Shown here one piece after another: positions 1 through 10,483 of a stretch of 64,000 nt of DNA (the first letter of the stretch is position 1; each line of letters opens with the position of its first letter). A program made the position numbers and the translations under genes. The notes beneath the pieces were generated by a model. That model had not been told where the DNA came from. It did no database searches and saw nothing but the letters and a program-made list of their open reading frames with translations. The stretch spans positions 42,656,001-42,720,000 of the forward strand of contig CM060731.1 in the NCBI GenBank assembly GCA_030704615.1, given 5' to 3'. This DNA is from Takakia lepidozioides (Eukaryota > Plantae > Bryophyta).

Positions 1-75
1 CATATGGGATGCTTGACTCCACCTCTTGAGATGGTTCCTGATGGGGATTGGTTATGTCCGCATTGCATTGGATAG
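1..75 (+). CDS. C-terminal half of a PHD finger at the end of an LTR-retrotransposon ORF (5' part outside window)
   Basis: Frame 1 translates HMGCLTPPLEMVPDGDWLCPHCIG*, matching the PHD consensus H-x2-C-L-x-P-P-L-x3-P-x-G-x-W-x-C-x2-C; lies 250 nt upstream of a PPT and LTR. Confidence 0.8.
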   Translation, partial: HMGCLTPPLEMVPDGDWLCPHCIG

Positions 76-324
76 TGGGAGTGGATACAACCATGGAAGA
101 CTAACAAGAAATGCAAGGCCAAGCTACTAGGAGACCTTGAACACACGAGATCCTAGCTCAAGTTCACAGATTGCAAGACGGCGACTAACGATGGGGCTAC
201 TCTTGTACCCGGCCTCTTGGTCTATAGAATTTGAGTAGAATATGGACAGTGATAGATGACTTAGTACGGCTGTGGCTATTACATCTTGTAGTTATCTGGA
301 GTTAGAGGGACCTATCCACCAGCT

Positions 325-875
325 AGGGGGGCGATTGTGGCAGACTACTTTATTGTGCATATATGTGTGGTGTGGTTTGGACAACGATGTAGTTGTGTAG
401 CGATACGTATGCGCACGACAACTGTCAAGTTAAAGAAACACAGTGTGAAACTAACTAGAATAAATCTAGTTATTTGTATTTAACACTTGGATTTAGTTCA
501 AGTGTTAAGTCAGGTGTCAAGTGTAGTTTGACACCTGAACCGTCTTATCTTCACGAGAGCGTCAGTCGTGCGGCTCATCTCTCTCGAGTTGAGCCTGCAC
601 GACTGAGCTCCTTCACTGCTTAGAATCTTAGTGTGCTTATGAAGGGAGCATAGGTTGTTGTGGGGTGGAGTCCTCATAGCTTGGGGTGCCCCTGGCTTGA
701 CTACTATTTTAAAGAGTGATGAGTGATGAGTGATGAGGTTGGATTTCATGTTCTTGTGTCAACAATGTGTTTTTAGTTTCTTATCATTGTGGCAGAATAC
801 TTTATTGTGTATATATGTGTGGTGTGGTTTGGACAACGATGTAGTTGTGTAGCGATACGTATGCGCACGACAACA
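325..875 (+). mobile_element. PPT and 3' LTR of an LTR retrotransposon (element A) inserted into the protease gene of element B
   Basis: Purine tract AGGGGGGCGAT (325-335) directly followed by TGTGG (336); ends CAACA (875). The next base begins the minus-strand LLDSGASA protease motif of another element. Confidence 0.75.
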
Positions 876-2073
876 CGCTGAAGCGCCTGAGTCCAAAAGT
901 GCTTCTACGGAGATATCTCGATTTTGCATCCTGATCTTTACTGGAACTGTGAAACAAGATACAGGGTCTGGAGGTAGAAAAAGACTTTTTTTGGGTGAGG
1001 AATTTGGGGTGTCCAGCCGCATGGTCCTTACTATGACTGGACATCTTCGTTTTCCGACCTCCTCGTATCGAACACTTGAGTGGTGCCCCGAGCTTTGAAT
1101 CTTATCTTGTTGGGGAAGTTTAATGCCATGTGATCATTTTCTCCGCAATAAAGACATAATCCATTCGAGCGCCGTCTTTGTTTTTCATATGACGTCAATG
1201 GCTTGAATCGGATAGCATCAATCTGCATAAGATCGTTACCGGATGTCTGATGGAGTGTTGTATTTGGTGCCGTAGTAGCAGCGGCATGGTGCGGCGTTGA
1301 CCATCCAGATCGCTTCTCTTGACGTCTTTCGAACAAACGATTATCGCATGCAATGACTCGGGTGATGAATTCGCTCAGTGTACTCACGTTTGGCATTGTC
1401 AGCAATAAATCTTTAACATTATCTTTTAGGTCACATCGAAACTGACTAATGAGGCTATTTTCATTCCAGTCAAGGTCGCACGCAAGTTGTCGAAATTTGG
1501 CAGCATAAACGGAAGCTGGACGTGCTCCTTGTCGAAGATTTCGCATCTTTATCTCTGCAACTCTCTCTCTATCATTCTCTCCAAACATTGCAGTGAACTC
1601 GGACATGAACGCTTCAAAATTGTATAGTAAATGCGAATTTTTCTCTAATAGCGGTACAAACCAAGATAGGGCAGTGCCTAATAGAAGGGTGCCCATGAAT
1701 CCCACTTGAATACCTTCATCAGAGTAGCATTGTGGATGTAGTCGTAGGAACAATCGTATTTGTTGAACAAAACCGCGAAATCTTGATCTCGTCCCATTAA
1801 ATTTCTCGAGCATGCTGACCTTTGGTTCCCTTGTAATTTGTTGAAGATTTGGAGGAACCATTGCAGTAGGATTTGTTGTAGTAGAGACTCGTAGGTTGAA
1901 GATCCATTGTTCGACTCCTTCAACTCTGAAATTTGTTGTTGCAAATTGTTGAGTGCATTGCCAAGGTCTTGAGACTGATCAGCTTGTAGTTGGGCAGTAG
2001 AGACACAAAGTTCTTGCATCTGGAGCTGAAGACTCTGTAATGTGGCGACCATTTCCTCAAATGTGCCTTCCAT
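876..2073 (-). pseudogene. gag and start of pol (aspartic protease) of a Ty3/gypsy chromovirus-like (Tcn1/sushi-type) element B
   Basis: Coiled-coil N-terminus (1678-2073), frameshifted Retrotrans_gag EPKVSMLEKFNGTRSRFRGF...ALSWF...LRQG, degenerate zinc knuckle CLYCGENDH, protease ALLDSGAS truncated by element A. Confidence 0.9.
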
Positions 2074-2111
2074 CTTAACTAACTAAAAAACAAACTTTAG
2101 TCTCGCCAAAC

Positions 2112-2743
2112 TGTCAAGGACGAGAACATGACTGAACACAAACAAGAGATAAGACTAGAGGTACAAGGCTAGATAAGAAGTCAAGGTCGGCGTGGCCGAA
2201 TGCACGATGAGTAAATAGGAATCAAGACGATCTTTATAACAATGAACAAGAGTACAAGATATTGGAACACGACTTGAATACTGGAATGCTTGAAACTGGA
2301 CTGAAGTATTAGATACTGGAAACTGGGCTAGGGTACTGGGAACTGGACTGAAGTACTGGGAACTGGAAACAAGAGTAGCTTGAACTGGTGTTGGCGAGGC
2401 TGAAGAGTGTCCAGTCTCGCCTCCTATATATATTGACTACTAAGAAGCTTCCCTAAGAAGCTTCCCCTATGGAGGTTGTTTGCTGGAGAAGTTTCCAAGA
2501 TTAAACAAAGGTTTCTTGATGGAGAAGCTTCCTTAAACAAATGAGGTATCTTGATGGAGAAGTTTCCTCCAAATGAAGCTTTCTGAGCAGTTTCCCAAGT
2601 TACTCTTGGTAATTTGGTAAACTCTTGATAACTTGGTAAGTAATGATAAATCATGGTAAGTCATGGTAACTTCCGGTATCATGGTAACTTGATAACTTCT
2701 GGTATTTACTCCTGGTAAGTTCCTCTAGACTATGTCCGTGACA
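2112..2743 (-). mobile_element. 5' LTR (632 bp) of element B
   Basis: Minus-strand termini TGTCACGGAC...GTCCTTGACA (9/10 inverted repeat), TATATATA at 2425-2432, internal ACTGG/GGTAA short repeats, PBS-position sequence at 2099-2109 just upstream of gag. Confidence 0.88.
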
Positions 2744-3517
2744 CTCAGGACAACCACTCTATGGCATCTGTGGCGGGCAAGATGCAGCTGGTCACTGGAA
2801 GACTCAAACACTACTGCTACTATTGTTCTCACTATGATCTTCTTTGACCTCACCATTGCAGCTAAGCTTGCTTGGAAAATGGTAAATGCAGAAACCGCCA
2901 GAGCCCCTGAACGTCATCTCGGTCTCCTCGATCGCTTCAGATCAACCTGGGGTAGAGGGGGGCTCATTTGCAGATGCTCTGGGGCAGACTCCTGCGAGTG
3001 GGCGAAGCAGATCCCTGTTCAATGGCAACACCAGCGGACCCTCCTCTTCTGCTTCCCTAGAATTTGATAAGACGGACATCAATTGGAAACACGTTAAGAC
3101 CTCCACGAAGACTAGGCTATCTTACCTCAGATAGACTCGTTTCTTCACCTCCTCTATCCTCTGTTTCCAAGCGTTGGTCTCTTGATCCAGTATGATTATG
3201 TCGGAGTTGTTTAAGCCTCCAGGCTCTTAGTCTACTGCCATTTAATGGCTCGGTCTTGTTTATCTTAAACCTTGGATTAATTCCTGGTTGGATTTTTTCT
3301 TTAAGGAAATCGTTCCTGCTTTCAGGATTAGTCCTATAGCTTAGCTCTGCTAATCGTTATTGTTCATCGGAATATCTGTCACGGTCCGCCGTGTGTAGGC
3401 CTTATGGCGGCCTTAGGCCAGCTGGGGTTTTAATTTTTTTCCCCATAATAATTCAAATAAAACAAAATCCATTCCAAAAAAAAGAAAAAAAGAAAAAAAG
3501 AAAAAAAAGAAAAGAAA
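2744..3517 (+). mobile_element. 3' end of an L1-type LINE (ORF2 C-terminus, 3' UTR, A-rich tail), interrupted by element B
   Basis: TTLWHLWRARC motif typical of the region after L1 zf-RVT, stop at 3067, AATAAA and A-rich tail 3455-3517. Confidence 0.7.
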
Positions 3518-4389
3518 GTGGTCTGGCATCCTTCTATCTTTGTCGGATGCTGTTGCAGGTCAGATTACTCTTCTGTTGGCTGGACTTGAGACCGTGGATC
3601 TTTGCTTTAATTTCAGTTCGATTAACTTATTGGATAGAATCCCACCCCTTTGACTTCCTATGTAAAACTATGTAGAAGAGTTATTCAGATCTATTTAACC
3701 TCATGGGTTTGTTAGAGTGTGAGCAGTGCCGCCTGCTCTTTCTGCTACTAGAACCTGTGTTTGTGCAGCAATCACAAAACCACCATCAACGGGGCTCGCA
3801 AAAATGAAAAATGAAAGATGCTCGCAAGCCGGTTGACGACAGACAACCGTGTGGAGCTGAAGAAGAGTAAGCAGTACAACAGGCAGCTATTTGACAAGGT
3901 TGTGGCAGCATCCTCACTACTTCCATTCCCCCCAGCCTGTGTGGGTCCTTTGGAGGATCAACCACGTAATCTAGTTCGCCTCTCTAACACACTGCGCGCA
4001 CAAGGTGTTCCACTCCAGCAACAATTGTACGAGGAAGTCTTGAGAGAAAGAACTTCACGTTGGGCCGAGGAATGCTGCATCAGATGAGCTTGCTGCTCCA
4101 GGTGGCTGCTTGGGTCGAAAATATTTTCGTCTTCAATGCTAGTAATGAGTGCAGGGTACCTAGTGACTCACGAAAGAGGGTCTACTTGCATCAATTCATC
4201 GGGGTTTATGTCATATGTTTCACATAGCCTACAGGATGTGGAAATGTGATTTGATGCCGCTTGTGATTTGCTGTTGTAAGTTCAATGTAACAAAAGGAAG
4301 TTGCTTCACAGTCTTCAATGGTCAATCAGCCAATCAACTGCAAGGTATGGTGAGATTTCATAAACTGATCCCTCTTCATAAGACAATGC

Positions 4390-4660
4390 ATCATCAGGCC
4401 TTCCTTTTCTCAACATGTTCATACATACTACAACTAAAGACCTCGAAGACTGTTGAGAGAGGTTCTGGGGCAGGACAAAGAGGGCATGAAGCACCACATA
4501 CACCATGGGACACGAGGTTTGGATCACCACCAGGGATGCCCACAGAAGTGTAGACTATTGACTGCCGCCACTTGTTCAAGACGTTTTAGTCCAATTAGTT
4601 TCAGTCCAAAGACGTCCAGGAGAGGCCCGCACCTTCAACTCTGACAATTTCATGGCCAAT
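4390..4660 (-). mobile_element. highly degraded L1 zf-RVT-like relic
   Basis: GIPGG..LVSHGVCGASCPLCPAPE resembles zf-RVT; surrounding frames are broken. Confidence 0.35.
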
Positions 4661-5270
4661 TTGCAAGCAGATGAACCAAAGTTCACTGCAGATCGATCAT
4701 CCATGTTGTCCTAGGCACAAACACCAAAACTGCTTATATTGAGCTTCAGTGTGAGGCCCTCCCCAAAACACCGAGGAACATGGGGACGGCTCGAATGAGC
4801 TGGCCCTGGCAAATAATGGGCATTGACAGTTGCAACCAATATATGATATACCATTTTGAACATCTTTGGTCCAAACGAGCATTACTTGACCAACAGGGAG
4901 GGGCCAACACTTCATCGATTCTACACAAAACCAATCATAGCTTACTTGCATTCTTGTGCTTTAATGTGAGGTTCAAAGCTCCCTGGATCTTCAGTGAATT
5001 TTCCCTAAACAACAAATTTACCGTAGAGTATCCTCAACCAATGAGCTGACTGTAACCAGCCACTCCAAAAGCAGATCATGCTCCTGAATACCTGGACCCA
5101 AATCTCTGTAGTTTCTGTCTGTTGCAGCTCCAGGTAGGGTAGGATGAGGTGAACAGCATGAGGTGTCATTGACACTTAACCATGTTAGGTGTGTTGTATA
5201 CCTAAAGTGCATGCGGTTGGGCTAGCAGTTTGATATTGAAGAGTTGATATTTGATAGCAACATATCAGTT

Positions 5271-7240
5271 CTAGCGCACTGTTGAGCCCACTTTTGCCGC
5301 ACGTTCTGCCACCTCCATATTCCCATGAGTTCTGCAGGCACCAAGCAAGGCTTTCGACACCACAGCATCTGGTTGTACTGGCATTTTGTTAATCAAGTCC
5401 TCAGCTTCACGCAATTGCCCCGCACGGCCAAGAAGGTCCACCACGCAGCCAAAGTCCTCCACTGTAGGAGTGAGGCCATGATCTCGACTCAGGGAATCAA
5501 AGTAGTATTTGCCTTCATCCACTAGGCCCCCATGGCTACATGCTTGGAGAACACATACAAAGGTGATACCATTTGGCTTCAAGCCTTCCTTTTTCATTCC
5601 TTCAAATAGTTGCAGGGCCTACACACGACAACCATGCTGGGCATATCCTGCGATCATCGCACTCCATGACACTACATTTCATTCAGCCATGTTGTCAAAC
5701 ACTCCTTTTGCATCCTCAATCCTCCCGCATTTGGCATACATGTCCACAAGAGCATTGTTCAGAAAAATACTTGGTACAATCCCAGCTTTCATGATGTCAA
5801 CATGGACCTCTTTGCCCTTCTCCAGGGCTGCAAGGCTTGCACATGCATTGCAGACACAGACGAACGTGACCTGATCTGGAGCCACCCCTTCCCCCATCAT
5901 TTTCGCATACGTCTCCAAAGCCTCCATTCCGCACCCATGCTGGCCATTCCCTGTGATCATCACATTCCATGACACCACATTTCGTTCAGCCATATTGTGA
6001 AACGCTCCCTTTGCATCCCTTATGCTCCCGCATTTGGCATACATATCCACAAGGGTGTTATTCAACAACATCCGGTATTGTTCCAGCTTCCATCATGTCA
6101 GTATGAATCTCTCTGCCCTTCTCCAGGGCTGCCATGCTTGCACACACATTGCAGAGACGAACGTGACCTGGTCAGGCTTCCAACCTTCGCACATCATTTG
6201 CTCATAGGCCTCCAAAGCCTCCATCCCCCACCCATACTGCCATCATTGCATTCCAGGACACCAACACTCCATTCAGGCATATTCTCAAACACAACCTTTG
6301 CATCCTCAATGCTCCTGCACTTGGCATACATATCCACAAGGGTTGTATTCAGAATGACATCTGGTGTGATTCCAACTTTCATGATGTCAGCATGGATCTC
6401 TTTGCCCCTTTCCAGGGCTGCCAAGCTGGCCCACGCCTTGAGAACACAAATGAACGTAATGTGGTTGGGTGTGACCCCTTCCAGCACCATTTGCTCATCC
6501 GTCTCCAAAGCCTCAGTCCCGCACCCATGCTGTGCATATCCTGCGATCATCGCACTCCATGACACCACATTTTGTTCAGTCATACTGTCAAACACTCCCT
6601 TTCCATCCTTGATGCTCCCACATTTGGCATACATGTCCAAGAGGGTAGTGTCCAACATTATATTTGGCACAATACCAGCTTTTGTGATGTCAGCATGGAC
6701 CTGTTTGCCCATTTCCAGGGCTGCAAGGCTGGCACAGGCCTTCAGAACACAAACAAAGGTGACCTGATTCAAAGGGTCACCCCTTCCCATATCATCCGCT
6801 CATAGGTCTCCAAGGCATCCCTACCACATCCGTGCTTGGTGTATCCTGCCATCACTATATTCCACGTGATCACACCTCGTCCAGGCATTTTATCAAACAC
6901 TCCGTGATGCTCCCACATTTGACATACATGTTGACGAGGGTGTTGTGTAGAAACATGTTGGGCTTGAATCCACTTTGGAAAAAAGGGAATGCACCTGCTT
7001 TCCAGCTGCCAGGCCTTTCATTTTGATGCATTTATGCTGCCTCACATAGCATCCTCACATATCCACAAGTGCCAGAAGAGATCTTGTGTCTTGGTCCTTG
7101 TTTGTGACCGGTTGTCATGGTGGAGGTGCCTGAGTGTACTACTTGTGCTGCTGCTGCTGCTTCCAGTTGACCATCTACAAATGCAGGTGTCTTGTAGTTA
7201 TCAATCCTTAATGGCTCATTGGGATTCTTATGCTTGAAAT
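5271..7240 (-). pseudogene. PLS-class PPR pseudogene
   Basis: Repeated P/L/S motifs (LVDMYAKCG, VVSWSAMIAGYAQHG, VTFVCVLKAC), P2-L2-S2-E1 at 5271-5640, split by several frameshifts and deletions; YVLLSNI-like E2 remnant just past the stop. Confidence 0.9.
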
Positions 7241-7423
7241 CCAGCCCTCTTGGATGGATCTGAACCCACACCATGCCTGCCTCCCCTCCTTCAGCCTAAA
7301 ATTATCTAGCTAACAACCTAACCCTACCGACCACACAGTAGTCCCTATGCTGAAATGCTGACATGAGTTGGGAGATTTTTTTTGCAATGCATCTTGTTGT
7401 CTGCATCTACCATAACATAACAG

Positions 7424-8221
7424 CTGTTCACCTTTCTGCCTCCATTGTCCCACCATTGACTGGGGTTTGAAAAATATTCTTTCCAAAGCTTTTCCTCATC
7501 TCTGTTTTTGATTTTCGGATATTTACCTGCAACCCATTCCTGTCACATGCCAAAATAGTTGTAACCACCAGAGATCCACCTGATGAGCTAAATTATAGAA
7601 CTCATTACCATAAGTAGGGACACATATGAGGGAAAGTACAAAACTAGCCTAAATGTATTGAAAAAGAAGGCGCCCTCACCACATTGTGCTTGACCTCGTG
7701 TCAGGGAAGCAGCTAGCTTTTCTTTCACCCAAGGAGGATTCCACCAATCCCCAATCCAAAGGACCTCTTGTGCACTGGTAAACACCAGGAGAAACCCTTG
7801 GGCAATGCATCTTTACTGCGTGCTTAGCAAGAACACTATGATACTGACAGGAAGAGCCACTTTTGCAGAACAGGCAAACGCCTTAAAATCATATATGAAG
7901 AAAGGGCACCTTGCCAAGGCAGTCGTCCCGGCATTGTGAAGAATCTCAAGTGAACTCTTGGCAGTGCTATTCCATGCTCCATGATTGACCTTCACGCAGA
8001 AACTCAACAGCATGAAAACTGCGAGAGGTTCTGAAAAGGCGGATTGCTAGTGGAGCTTTCAACAACATTCATGCAAGTCACTCTGTTCACCATTCTGCCT
8101 CCATTGTCCCACCATTGCCTGGGGTTTGAAAAATATTCTTTCCAAAGCTTTCCATCATTTCTGTTTTTGATTTTCGGATATTTACCTTCAACCCATCCGT
8201 GTCACATGCCAAAATAGTTGT
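7424..8221. repeat. ~139-bp direct duplication (7424-7562 and 8083-8221) within an unidentified degraded coding-like region
   Basis: CTGTTCACC.TTCTGCCTCCATTGTCCCACCATTG...GTCACATGCCAAAATAGTTGT present twice with high similarity. Confidence 0.8.
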
Positions 8222-9968
8222 CAGGATCAGTGAATACCACTTATACAAAGGCACATCATTTACTTTGTGTGCTGATTTTGGGGTTACCTTTCTGGACGAA
8301 TTTAAATACTTCCACTTCAATTCAATCTGTTATACCTCTCAAGTTGAAATGGAAGGCATTTCTGATGGATCATGTGTCTCTTTGTTGGTGGATGCCGTTA
8401 GAGACTATGCTTGATAACCAGTCCACTGGGAGAGGGGCACACATTCTCTGGTCTGTATCTGATTTTTCTAGTCAGGCCTTCATGAGTGACAGGCACTTTC
8501 CAGGAAATCTCGGTACATGTTCACCAACGGCTCACAAATGAGCGAGACCCTCTCGGGTCTTGCGTCTCACACATCTATGTAGTTGAGCGGGGCAGCGGCT
8601 TCAGTACTCTGCATTTCAAAATACAGATCAAAGGCGAATTCGTCGACAACCTGCCACCTCTCACAAAACTCATCAAATCCACCAGCTAGGTCGTCTACAT
8701 CTATTGGCCCTGATTCAGCTCCTCAACCTGAGCTGCCTTCACATCAATTTTGCCATTGGCACCTTCCCCCATGTGATCAAAGAGCCTGCAAACAGGGCAG
8801 CTGCATCACCGACATCTTTCTTACAGTCAAAACAGTCAGCCCGCTTTGTCACCACTGCGTCACACCCCAACCCAACCAAGCCCATGTCTTTCGAGTTTCC
8901 GTGCCCTGGATTTTGGCACTGCTCCTTGTCTTCCACATATTGTTCATAAAAAATGCTACCTGGCACCTGCAGACCATTGCGGCCAGTGGCATTTACAAAT
9001 TTCAAATATTTGTCACATTCTGCAGATCATGGCCCTCGATTCCACCACTCTCTTTTGCAAATGTACAACATCCCAGCAAATTTCGTCTGAAGCCTAACAA
9101 GTAACAGCAAGCCAGAATGGAATTTCCAACGTTTCTTCAGCACCACCAGCTGAAGGGCCGCCGGCAGGCCCATGGACGCAAGTAAATCCTCTCTTACTTC
9201 CTCACTCGGTCATAAATCTGCTCACGTCCATCGATGTGTTGCCCACCAGCAATCGGCTCCCCACCGATTAGCTTGAGCGGGAACAGTCGGTGTTGCAGGA
9301 ACAACCATTTGAGGAGCAGAATTTATCGATGCTAGGGCAATCAATTGGTCAGTGAGCTGCTGTCCTTCTCTGAAGAATGACCAGTCTTGTGAAGCCCTTC
9401 AATCCCACAACCAGCTCTACGACATCGACGTGGAAACAACATAGGTGACAACGGGAGAGAGAACGCAAGATCACACCCATGCACACCTGCATGCACGCGT
9501 TCGAGCGTGCTCTCTCTCTGGTTGTCACCCTGGTCACTTAAGAAGGAGATCATGATACCTGGCGCTGATCCTCTCCACCGGGGTAAAGTATTAAACAACA
9601 TCAATGGCAATGCTTGGGCTGGTGGCTGTTGGCAACTAAAGGGCCACTTTTGGAGGCAGAATCCTCAACTGGTGACCCTAGCGGTCAGTATACTTACGTA
9701 CAGCTCTTAAACTGCAGAGAGTCTTCGACTTCATGGCTTGTGATATAAACCTTACGGGGAAAGGATGCACCGAAGTGAGGCAACGAAAGTGCACAGTGGG
9801 GAGGAGGAGAGCAGCAGTGACGATGGTGTGATAATGTGCAATTTCCGGGATGGTGTCAGTCAGGGTGACACTTGTGGGCTTTGTTAGTAACTCATGAGAA
9901 GCACTTCACAGAAGAAGTATACTGAATCACTGTCTATAGGTTTTACAGAGAACGACATAACATGTGCA

Positions 9969-10042
9969 GCTTCTATAGCTCAGTTGGCTAGAGCACCCGT
10001 TTAGTAAGCGGGAGGTCGTGAGTTCAACTCTCACTGGAAGCA
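9969..10042 (+). tRNA. trnT-AGU: tRNA-Thr (anticodon AGT)
   Basis: GCTTCTA/TGGAAGC acceptor stem, D arm TAGCTCAGTTGGCTAGAGC, anticodon arm CCCGT-TTAGTAA-GCGGG, T loop GTTCAAC, discriminator A. Confidence 0.95.
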
Positions 10043-10483
10043 TTTCCATCTGGTTCACTGTAATTCCCTTTCGACTATTTTGAAAGCCGTGCCTATATCC
10101 TATCATCGGCCCACCACACTGTAAATATAAGTCTTAGAAACTTTGGGTTATTTGGAAGGATAGAGTTTGTATACTAGATAGCAGGATCTCTAGAAAAGAC
10201 AAGCTCATCCCTGTTGGTAAAAAAAAAAAAAAAAAAAAAGACAAGAATGCGAGTAGCAGAATGAAATTGTAGATGGAAAAGGACTGAATGTTGAGCGAGC
10301 ACCCTAGTATGCCAAGCCAGAAACAATATATTTTAAGACTGAGCCAAGCTGCGCTTTCACAAGTCGGATTGTGCGACAGGAATGTCCATCAACCGATGGA
10401 CAATATTTTGGTAATGAAGAGCTCCATTCCGAACTTGTATCTGTTTGCTTCCCCAAGAGAAAATGGAGAAACTTGAATTTTGC

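Noticed and set aside
5509-6767. Long + strand ORFs over the PPR pseudogene
   Set aside because: Antisense shadow frames of PPR repeats.
7430-9730. Degraded protein-coding region on the minus strand
   Set aside because: Multiple broken frames and no recognisable family, so no product was called.
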